A DNA stretch of 20,000 nt from Malassezia furfur (Eukaryota), in the NCBI GenBank assembly GCA_052055015.1, contig JBQJIT010000007.1; one strand, written 5' to 3'. Both the position numbers and the translations under genes were made by a program. Positions 8,935 to 18,394 of this stretch are shown here, one piece after another; the first letter of the stretch is position 1; each line of letters begins with the position of its first letter. Below the pieces are notes generated by a model that worked only from the letters and a program-made list of their open reading frames with translations, was not told where the DNA came from and made no database searches.

Positions 8935-9654
8935 ATGGCAGGGTCCGGACGCGAATACGTAGTGGTGCATGACGAAGAGCCGCTTGCATTCCATACCACC
9001 CTGTATGCACTCAAGAAAGGCCACGCGTCGACTGTGGCACAACTCGAGCTGCATGCGCGGAGCCAAATCGACCTGTGGGCCGAGGACACCAGCGAGGGAC
9101 ACGTGTGCTTCCTTTCTCTCACTGGATTTGAGCAGGAGCGAACGCCTGAGGTGCAATGGGTCATCCAGCTGCGTGGCACAGAAGAAGAAGCGAATGCATG
9201 CCTGCACAAGGTCCGCGGACTCGTGCGTCGCCTTTCACGGTTGGACCGCGAATTCCGGCTGGGGGGGAGCGTCAAGTTGTACACGGACCCCGATCACCCC
9301 AACCAGCCTGAGTACAAGAGCAAGCTCGAGTGGCTGCTGGGCACTGCCTCACCGCTGGCTGAGCCCCTATCACAGAACGATCTGCACTGCTACGGCATTG
9401 TACCGCGGCGAGCTGAGCTGACGAGTCCTCTGATCGACGCGTGTTTCAACGAGTTGCTGGCGAGTCTTGAATCGTATTCGCTGTCCAAGTCGCTCCCGCC
9501 GACGTCGGGTACGTGCATGAGCGAAGCTTCCGACGTGTCTCCGCTGCGGAAACGCGTGCGGTACGGCATGGCGGCGGTACAAGAGCATACTGTGCCGCCT
9601 GCGGCACATCGGCGCGGATCGTGGATGGCATCCATGCCGTTCGCATCTACATAG
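8935..9654 (+). CDS. Hypothetical protein (~239 aa; alternative upstream ATG at 8797)
   Basis: Open frame filling the gap between CAP1 and exportin-T, with globular-looking composition, CCCATGG start and a stop 7 bp from the convergent gene's stop. No family recognised. Confidence 0.7.
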   Translation: MAGSGREYVVVHDEEPLAFHTTLYALKKGHASTVAQLELHARSQIDLWAEDTSEGHVCFLSLTGFEQERTPEVQWVIQLRGTEEEANACLHKVRGLVRRLSRLDREFRLGGSVKLYTDPDHPNQPEYKSKLEWLLGTASPLAEPLSQNDLHCYGIVPRRAELTSPLIDACFNELLASLESYSLSKSLPPTSGTCMSEASDVSPLRKRVRYGMAAVQEHTVPPAAHRRGSWMASMPFAST

Positions 9655-9661
9655 CGAGCCT

Positions 9662-12600
9662 CTACGCGGCGCCACGCGACTTGGCGATGAAGGTTTCGAG
9701 GTAGCGTTTCAGCGGTTTTGCCTCGAGGGTCTGGATGTTTTGGGCGAGCTCCATGCCCATGTCCGGCGGGCATTGGACGCTCGGTAGGTACACGGCGGTG
9801 AGGTACTGGATCAACTCGTCGCCGCGCGCCTGATGGATGGTTTTGAGCAGCACGCTGAGCTCGGTGAGCACCTGCTGCGCTTGCGCATCGCTGGCATCGA
9901 ACGACGGCTTGCTCGGGATCTGGAACACAAGCGGGAGGATGGCATCGTAGAGGAATTGCTCAAAGCCCGGCAAGACACTCGTGTCGTTGCTGGCGCGCGT
10001 GCCCCACAGCGTCACAAGGCGCACCAAGACGCCGATCGCTGAGCGCTGCGTGAGCGGCTCGCCATTTTCAGCGTAGAACACGAGGCTTTGCAGCACCGAC
10101 TGGAGCTGCTGCTGGTTCTTTTCCGAGACCAGTACGCCATCGAGGCCCGCCGAGAGCAGCGCGTTAATGAGCCCAAAGTAGGCGCGCTCCATGTCGGCAC
10201 GGCGCACGTAGTCGTCGGTGCCCTGGACGCTCTGGTTCAGGAAGGAGAAGATGCGGTTGACCAGCACCATGAACAAGTCGTCCATCACGTCGCGCACATC
10301 CTTTTTGTACTTGTGCGTGATCAGACCAAAGAAGTTGAGCAGGTCGACGAGTTCGCCTTCGCTCACTTCGTTCACGAGCGCATGGATCAGTGTGGGTATG
10401 TAGGGCAGCACCGCGGGGCCTGCGGACGTGACAACTCGCGCAAATGCACCGCGTGCCGCCTCGCGGATAATCATAAATTGGTTCAGCGCGGTGAGCGCAA
10501 GCAGAATCTGCTCCGTAACGGGCTTGAACTCGGGGATCCACGCGGGCTCCGTCGTGCGGCTCGCATCGTAGTCCGGGAAGCCCTTGGCGAGCGTGCTGAG
10601 CGCCAGGATCAGATGGTGTGCCTGCAACACAGACTGCAAGTTGGTGCTGTCGGCGCCAAATGCCTGCACGGCCTGCTGTAGCTGCTCGGAGAGCGGCTGC
10701 GTGATGGCCTTGAACAGCATCACCTGCGTGTCCGGCGATGGACCGAGTTGCGCAATGAGCAGGCCAGCCGTGTCAAACAGGTACAGCTGGCTGTCAAAGG
10801 CACTCGCGCGCTCCGTTGCCTTTTGCAGCGGGTCCTCCTCGGGCGTCACCTCAGGGAGCTTGGCCTGCACGTAGAACGACTCCTGCATGCCCTCGAGCAG
10901 CCGCGGCACAAACTCTGCGGGGATCGCCGAGCGGGTATCGCGCACAAAGCGGTAGAACAGGTAGTTGATGCGCCGCCGCATTCCCACGCGCGGGTTGCGC
11001 AGACCGCGCCCGTCCAGGAACGCGGACAGCGCACCAGGCAGAAACTCTGGCCAGAGCAAGAAGCTGGACGCATAGCGCACCACGCACTCGAAGTACTGCA
11101 GCTGGACGACCGGGTGCAGATGCTCCGAGAGTCGTGAGCGGAATACGAGTTGGAGCATCTCGCCGAGCTGGTTCAGCGGCAGACTCTGGTATACCGAGAC
11201 GGACTGGCGCACATTACGCGCCTTGCCGGGCTCATCGGGGAGCTGCACGTAGGAGTGCGGGCCAAGGCCCACCTTGTTGCCACGGATCGAGCTGAGCACC
11301 TCGCCGCACGAGTAAATCGCATAGAGGCACAGCTCCGCCTGCTCCCACGGCAGCTCCTGCTGCTCATTGAGCGCCAGCGTCGAGGAGACGAGCGAGTGGA
11401 TCGTGTTGGAGACGAGCGACTCGTCAATCGCCGCAATGGCGCCCATGATCATCTGCAGCTGCTTACGCAGCTCGTAAAACTTGAGCAACTGCTCGTCATC
11501 CTCCTCGGCATCCTCCGCGTCGGTGTCGGCGGGGCCGCCAACCAGCGACGAGTCTTCCCAGTCCACTTCACTGTCGAACCGGAACTTGGCCAGGACGAGT
11601 TGGATGAGCCGTGCAATAAATTCACCCTGTGCGCCGTTCAGGCCGGCACCCACCGCATCGCCTTGCCGCTTGTTTTTCTTGTAAAGCGAGAGTACGAGGT
11701 GGATGCTCGGCAGCACCTGCTCGACCGGCTCGTCGTACTCGTCCTGTAGAAATGCCAGCACTAGCTGCAAAAAGTCGAGCAGCTTGGCCTGCGCCACTTC
11801 GCGCGTCTCGGCTTCGGCGCCCGCCTGATCCTCGGCAATTTTGCACAGCTCGATGCTGACCACATTGACGAGCTTGGCAAGGTGCTCACGCAGCTCGCTT
11901 GCCGCATCCTCACTGCCGGTACCACCACCTTGTGCAGCACTGCGCGTGGACGACTCGAGCGAGGCGACCACCTCGTCAAGCTTAAGTCCCTGGATGAGCG
12001 CCAGCTTATCCGCCGGCTTCATGCCCTTGGACACAATCTCACACAGGGTATCCGCTGTGACGCAGCGCAGCTGAGGGTGCTGTGAATGCAGCGCATTAAA
12101 CAGGATCGGCACCGTGTCCATGTTGATCACCAGGCCAATGTCGATCCACGTCGCAAAGTCGCCGACGACCGCCATTGCAACCTGCGCCAGGCTACCGGCC
12201 GCACCGCCGTACAGGCTGTGGGGCGACGGGTTCGCGACGGGCGCTTCGGACGTCATGGCACTCAGCGCATCGCGGATCACCTTCCACAACAGCTCGGCAA
12301 TGTTGGCCGCATGGTGCGCGCGAATCTCGTCACGGACGACGGCGTCGCGCTGCAGGCGCTCCTTGGAGCGCACCGAGCGCAGTGTCACGTCGGAGCCAAG
12401 GCTAAGCGACAGGTCGTGCAGCACACGCAGCACGAGGTCCGTGGTGAGCGCATTCAGCGAGCCATCCTGAGCCTTGGTCGTCGTGCACAGAGTGAGCAAC
12501 GCAATGAGAAAGGAGTACGAGTTGGTCAAACTGTACGTTTGCAGCACGAGCAGCGAGAGCGTCTGTGCGAGCTTGTTTTTCATAAACACCACGCCCTGCT

Positions 12601-12963
12601 CACCTTCGCCTGCGACAAACTCGGTTTGCAGGTAGGCGAGCGCCGACTCTTGCAGGAAGGCCAATGCTTCCTCGGGGCTGCCCACGGCATGTACGCTGCG
12701 TGAGTGATGGGCGCCACGTACCGTCGCTCGAGAAAGTCGTCGACCAGATTCAGGCCAAACAGGCGCACAGCGTGCGCATACTTGGCACGCCCGTCGTCGC
12801 GTGCGACCCACACGGCCCACCCGGTGCTCCAGGATTCGTCGGTGGCCTGTTTGAGCTGCTCCAGGTACGCGAGCGCCTGCGACACCAGGTTCGTGTCGGT
12901 CACTGCCGCTGCATTGGACGCAATTTCCACAGCTTGTGCCAGCTGAACCTCGTTGGAATCCAT
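9662..12963 (-). CDS. LOS1: Exportin-T (tRNA export receptor, importin-beta family); exons 12963-12722 and 12695-9662
   Basis: About 1090 aa, helical-repeat composition. Motifs [53 protein letters not shown] and YLFYRFV resemble XPOT/Los1. Confidence 0.9.
12696..12721 (-). other. 26-nt GT-AG intron (exportin-T)
   Basis: GTACGTggcgcccatcaCTCACgCAG. Joins the 12580-12963 frame to the 9662-13504 frame (CG|C = Arg). Confidence 0.88.
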
Positions 12964-13163
12964 CTAGCACACCAATCAAAGCATGCGTCCGCGCCGACAA
13001 AATCGATCCGTCTTCTACGCAACACTGAAAGGAACGCGGCGCATGTTGCACGCACGTGACCTTCACCAGGCAGGGGCGCCGGGGCAGGTGCCCGGTGGCC
13101 TGGGCGGCGCACGCTGGAGCCAGTGGAGGCGCGGGGATTTCCAACCTCTTCGCCTCTTGCAGC

Positions 13164-14342
13164 ATGTCGTGGCGCACGACCGGTCTGCGCGTTTCTGCGC
13201 GCCTGCTCTCGACGCAGGCCGCCGCAAAGCCTCCGACAGCGGTGGTCATGATGAACATGGGCGGGCCGCGCGACCTCGATGAGGTCAATCCGTTCTTGAC
13301 GCGCCTCTTCTTGGACCGCGACCTGATGCGCCTGCCGTTCCAGTCGCGCCTCGCCCCCATGATTGCGCGGCGGCGCACACCCAAGATCCGGCAGCAGTAC
13401 GACGATATCGGCGGCGGCTCGCCCATCCTGCAGTGGACGCGCCTCCAGGGCGAAAAAATGGCCGAGATGCTCGACGAGCTTAGCCCCAGCACCGCTCCGC
13501 ACAAGGCGTACGTCGCATTTCGCTACGCCCGCCCGCTCACGGAGGACTGTCTTGAAGATCTGGCACGCGACGGCGTCACCCGTGCCGTTGCGTTCACACA
13601 GTACCCGCAGTACTCGTGCAGCACCACCGGCAGCTCGCTGAACCAACTGTATCGTGAAATTGCTGCGCGCAAGGCGCAAGGCGCACCCGAAGGCAACATC
13701 CAGTGGTCCGTGATCGACCGCTGGCCGACGCACCCGGGGCTTGTGCAGGCGTTTGCGAACCGCGTGCGCGAGGGACTGTCGCGCTTCCCCGCCGAAATCC
13801 GTGACCAGGTGCCGATCATGTTCAGTGCGCACTCGCTGCCGATGCAAGTCGTTTCGGGCCGTGGTGACCCGTACCCTGCCGAGGTGGCTGCGACCGTCGC
13901 GGGCGTGATGCAGAACCTTGGGTGGCAAAACCCGTACCGCCTCACCTGGCAAAGCCAGGTGGGGCCTTCGGCGTGGCTCGGGCCGCAGACCTCGGACACG
14001 GTCGAGGGCTGGGCCAAGCAGGGGCACAAGCACGTCCTGGCTGTTCCAATCGCGTTCACGAGTGACCACATCGAGACGCTCTACGAGCTCGACATTGAGC
14101 TTAAGGAGGACGCCGAGAAGCACGGCATCCACCTTGAGCGCGCACCGTCGCTGAACGATGAGCCCGTGTTCCTCCGAGCGCTCGCTGACATTGTCGCCGA
14201 GCACCTGGCGTCGAGCGGGGCGTCTCCGAGCGCCGTGCCATGGGCACAGGGCAAGGGCAGCCACCAGATGGCGCTCCGGTGCCCGGGGTGCGTCAACGAG
14301 GCGTGTGCGCACCAAAAGGCCTTTTTCCTACAGCAGTCGTAG
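13164..14342 (+). CDS. HEM15: Mitochondrial ferrochelatase
   Basis: [75 protein letters not shown]. Presequence starts at ATG 13164. Confidence 0.97.
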   Translation: MSWRTTGLRVSARLLSTQAAAKPPTAVVMMNMGGPRDLDEVNPFLTRLFLDRDLMRLPFQSRLAPMIARRRTPKIRQQYDDIGGGSPILQWTRLQGEKMAEMLDELSPSTAPHKAYVAFRYARPLTEDCLEDLARDGVTRAVAFTQYPQYSCSTTGSSLNQLYREIAARKAQGAPEGNIQWSVIDRWPTHPGLVQAFANRVREGLSRFPAEIRDQVPIMFSAHSLPMQVVSGRGDPYPAEVAATVAGVMQNLGWQNPYRLTWQSQVGPSAWLGPQTSDTVEGWAKQGHKHVLAVPIAFTSDHIETLYELDIELKEDAEKHGIHLERAPSLNDEPVFLRALADIVAEHLASSGASPSAVPWAQGKGSHQMALRCPGCVNEACAHQKAFFLQQS

Positions 14343-16576
14343 CTATCCCCACAGTGCATTCCACGCACGCTGCATGAGGCCAGGCGCGGGTGCCGACTCG
14401 GCGGGCGTCTCAGCAGGCTGCTCGGGTTCGTCCGCCGCCGCCGCCGCCGGTGCCTCGTCGTCGTCCGGCCCGTCGAGCGGCTCCTCCTCCGTCTCAAAGC
14501 CGTCGTCCTCCTCGACGTCTCCTACATCGCCCAGCTCGCCCGCCTCGCGCGCGCCATGCGCCTGCAGCAGCAGGTCGCGCGTCTCGGGGTCGACAAAGTC
14601 CATAAGCTGCTGCAGCTCGTCGGCGCCCAGGTTCTGCAGGTGTCGCAAAATCTCCCACGCACCACGCTGACTGCCCGCGGGCCGCTGCTGCCGCAGCTGG
14701 TCGCCGACCACGGCGAAGTACGCGTCGTCGTACCGCGAGCCGTGCGCGGGCGGCAGCGGATCAAACGTCTCCATCCCACCCGGTGGATTGCGTACCGCCG
14801 GGGGGAAGTAACGCATGAGCTGCTGCTGCAGCGCCTCGGGTAGGTCGGCGACAACCACGTGGCGGTACACACCCATGCGCGTTGCCTCGTCGGCGACGCC
14901 CGGCGTGGCGCGCGCGTGCTCGAGCTGCGGGCGCACCTCGTCCCAGATGGTGCGGAACCAAGCGGCAATGGGCGCCTCTTTCCAGAGCGAGATGGAGCGG
15001 TGCACATACAGGTGCGCAAGCAACTCGTCAAACGCCGCGTCCTTGGCGCTCCACTGCCCCCGCATCTGCACAAACGAAGGGGCAGGCAGGTCAAGCTTTT
15101 CACAGAGCAGCGCGGTCGCACACGGGTGGCGCGCAAGCGCAAGACGCAGCGCGGCGTCGCTACGCGTGTGTGTCTTGTCGCCCTCATCTTTCTCCACGGC
15201 GCGCAGCGCCAGCGCCCGTGCAAACGATGCGCCAACGCTCCAGTCGAGCGCGCCGCCCCACGTCTCGTGCGCGGCCTCCTTTTGGGCATCGAGTGGCGTA
15301 CGCGCCGCGACGTTGTCGAGATGACCATGTGCCGCGATCGCTTCGCGGCGCTCCCCCTCGAGTGCGTCGAGGAACGTCAGCAGCCACGCGTGCTGCTTGC
15401 TCTTGATCGCCAAAAAGTCGATCCACAGCAGCATGCCATGCGGGTCGCTCGTGTCCAGGCCGAGGAGCAGCTTGCACCACTCGAGGGCCGTACGCCACGT
15501 GCCGCGCCGGCCAAACAAATCGACGTTGCGGTGCCCGGCGAGCCAGAACGCGCGGTTTTCGGCGCGGAAAAAGTCAACCTGCGGGGGGCCACTCGAGGCG
15601 GTGAGGCCCGCCGTGAACGGCGGCGCGGCCGAGCGCTCCATCGCGAACAGCGCACGATCGATAAAGTCGGCCGCTTGCCCGAGGTCGCCCTGGTAGCGCG
15701 ACACATCGGAGAGCTGGAGCAGCGTATCGATGTGCCAGGGAAAGACGCGCATCAGCGCCATGAGCGCGCCCGTGTCGTGCGAGTTGACCGCCTGCGCGAA
15801 CTGGAACTGTGCCTGGCGGTACGCACGACTGTGCACCCAGTTGCACACGCGGCCTGCGGCGCTCTCGTCCGTGGTCATGCTCAGGCCCACAAACGTCCGC
15901 GCAATGTCCGGCCAGGTGGCCTTGGGCGTACACAGCAGCGTGCGCGCGCGCGTATTCGAGTTGAACATAGCGCCACGGTTCTCACGGCTGCGTGCACCCG
16001 CGCGCGTCGGCATTCCCGCCGCATTCTTCTCGCGCTCGTACGCCTTGATCGCAGCTGCGCCAAACTGGCGACGCAGCTCCAGCGCCGGATCGAGCTGCGG
16101 CGCGTCGAGCGCGAGCGCGCCACGGAGCACGGCGTGCGGAGACACTGGCTCACTCTTCGCCTTGGACTCGGACTTTGGCGCGTCGCGCGGCTGCTGCGTC
16201 TGGAGGAAGGCGGTCATCTCTTCGATCGACATCTCGTTGATGTCCTTTGCCGGCACCGCTTCACGCTTGGGCGGCGTATCGGCGGCCGGCGGGCTTTTGG
16301 TGGTATCTTTGCGCTTGTTCTTCTTCTTGTTCTTCTTCTTCTTCGTGGGCGCCGGCTCGGGCTCGGGCTCCGCCTCTTCCGCCGGTTCGTCGTCGTCGGC
16401 GACTTGGAGCTGGATTAGTAGGCACTACGTACCGCCGCAAAGCCTAGCGTCGGCGCACTCGGTTCCGGGGCTGCACGAGCGGGCGCAGGCTCTTCGTCGA
16501 CATCCGCTTTGATCGCATCGAGCTCCTTGAGCTCCTCGAGCTCGCGCTGCTGACGTCGATTCAGCCGGCGGCTCAT
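14343..16576 (-). CDS. RQC1: Ribosome quality control protein Rqc1 / TCF25 family; exons 16576-16433 and 16409-14343
   Basis: N-terminal MSRRLNRRQQ, polybasic tract, LDPALELRRQFG, HSRAYRQAQFQF, PWHIDTLLQLS, DFIDRALF, ENRAFW, RRGTWRTALEWCKLLLGLD..DP. Confidence 0.9.
16410..16432 (-). other. 23-nt GT-AG intron (RQC1)
   Basis: GTACGTagtgcctaCTAATcCAG. Joins GFAA to LQVADDDE, in frame with the 14343-16256 ORF. Confidence 0.9.
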
Positions 16577-16634
16577 TCGCGTCGTGGCGTCTTCGGCCGA
16601 AGCACGGTCTTCGCAGCGCACCGACCACCCACCG

Positions 16635-17698
16635 ATGCTCTGGGCACGAAGAATGACGAGCGGCGCTGCGGCGCTCCGTGTATCCCCTTTTGCTAAGGCA
16701 CGAGGGTATGCACGGGTGCCGTACGCATCCCGCGCCTACTCTACGGATGGCAAAGGGCAGGAGAAACCGTCACTAACGGAAAAGATGAAGTCGGCCACCG
16801 AGCGGCTCGAAAACGAGGCAGCGTCTGGGCAGCCCAGGCGTACGGCTGCCTCTAGCAAGCAGATGATGGGCGTACGTATACAACGCGTCTCACACAGCCT
16901 TTCAATGTACCCGCAGCTGTCCTGTTCATCGCGACAGGGGTCGGCCTCTACTACTACTTCCAGCGCGAGAAGCGCAGGATGGACGAGCGGCGCCTGCAGC
17001 AGATGCAGGAGCAGTCGGTCGGTCGTCCGATGATCGGTGGCCCCTTCTCGCTGGTGTCTTCTACGGGTCATCCTGTGACGGACGAGGACCTGCTCGGGAG
17101 CTTTAGCCTGATCTACTTTGGCTTCACCAACTGTCCTGACATCTGCCCCGAGGAGCTTGACAAGATGTCTCAGGTGGTGGATGCCGTGGATCAGGAGTCG
17201 GGCCCGCTGATCAACCCTGTGTTCATTACATGTGACCCTGCGCGCGACCGCGTGCCTCTCGTGGCCGAGTACATTGCGGACTTCCACCCCCGCATGCTTG
17301 GCCTCACGGGCTCGTACGACGACGTGAAGAAGGCGTGCAAGGCGTACCGCGTGTACTTTAGCACGCCGCCGGGCGCAGACCCCACGCAGGATTACCTCGT
17401 GGACCACTCCATCTTCTTCTACCTGATGGACCCTGAGGGCAAGTTCGTGGATGCGTTTGGTAAGAGCACAACGAAGGAGGAGGTGCTGGCCAAGGTGCGC
17501 GACTACATCAAGCGGTGGAAGGCCGAGGGGCTACCGCTGCGCGAGGCAGACGCTAAGCAGCGCGCCGCCTCCGATGGACGGTCGATCACGAGCAACACGG
17601 AATTGTTCTCGGCCCCAGAAGCAAACCCGTCCAAGCCGCCGGCAGTGGTCGAGTCGGGCGCTGCGCCTGCGCAGCCGGCGCCCCAGCGGATTATTTAG
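16635..17698 (+). CDS. SCO1: Cytochrome c oxidase copper chaperone Sco1/Sco2; exons 16635-16871 and 16898-17698
   Basis: Presequence, transmembrane segment (GPFNVPAAVLFIATGVGLYYYF), IGGPFSL, YFGFTNCPDICPEEL (CxxxC), DPARD and DYLVDHSIFFYLMDP. Confidence 0.96.
16872..16897 (+). other. 26-nt GT-AG intron (SCO1)
   Basis: GTACGTatacaacgcgtCTCACaCAG. Joins MMG to PFN and brings the transmembrane helix into frame. Confidence 0.9.
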
Positions 17699-18394
17699 AT
17701 GTGCACGCATCGCTGTGATGTACGATCCCTGCTCGCCACCCCCACTCCTGTTGGACGAATAGCCAGGTAGACTGGATCCTGCCGTCTGGTACTGTGTAGA
17801 AGTAGGAAGACTATTGTGGCTACGTACTCCTGTGCGTGACATCTCGGCACGGCGGTGGTGCGCTTGTTGCGCCCTCGCGCCCGGGTACCTGCTCAGGGCC
17901 GTAGGTCGCGGGGCCACGCCAAATAAATTAGTGGGGCTGCGCTTTGGCCACCTGCGATTTCGGGCAACGCCGTGGGAGGGCGCGCGGCCACGCGCCCCCA
18001 GGGTCGAGCCACGCGCGTCCGGTGTGGCAATCGCGCCACTGGCGAGGCTGCCGGGGCGCGTGGCCCGCATGGGCGCTGATAGGAGCACGACAAGCTTGCA
18101 GCGTGTGTGATTGGCACTCTGGGAGATAAGTGGCGCAATTCTCTCCAGGCTGCATCTGCGCGCAGGAGATGCAACCACAGGCTAATTGTGGGTGTCCGTG
18201 CGCCAGTCGTCCAATGAGCGTGCGCCCTTCGCAACAAATGGCACCACGCGCTTCGATACGCCCCGCAATGGGGAGGTGAGGCACGCAGTGTGGCGATATT
18301 CACGGACGCAGGTCCTAGAGATATCACCCGACCCAATCTTCCGGTTTTCGTGCCCGTTTACGATACGCATGCTCCCCCCCGCGTACAGTGTAAG

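Noticed and set aside
12722..13504. N-terminal ~260 aa of the 1280-aa ORF as an exportin-T extension or fusion
   Set aside because: It overlaps HEM15 antisense and looks non-coding. The real first exon is in another frame (ATG 12963), joined by intron 12696-12721.
13508..13544. GTACGT...CTCACgGAG intron-like stretch in HEM15
   Set aside because: It ends in GAG rather than YAG, would frameshift, and encodes the conserved [12 protein letters not shown] motif.
14859..16418. 519-aa plus-strand ORF antisense to RQC1 (similarly 3307-4272 against RPL6, 12900-14315 against HEM15, 18324-19379 against the HSF gene)
   Set aside because: Shadow ORFs expected from GC-rich biased codons on the opposite strand; no recognisable motifs.
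258..16897. Frame breaks in TAM41, FPGS, PET127, derlin, LOS1, RQC1 and SCO1 as pseudogenes, programmed frameshifts or sequencing errors
   Set aside because: Each break coincides with a donor plus branch/acceptor consensus whose removal restores the reading frame, usually at a conserved motif.
1..17698. Functional cluster of mitochondrial genes (TAM41, FPGS, PET127, HEM15, SCO1)
   Set aside because: They belong to different pathways and are interspersed with unrelated genes; not distinguishable from chance in a reduced housekeeping-rich genome.
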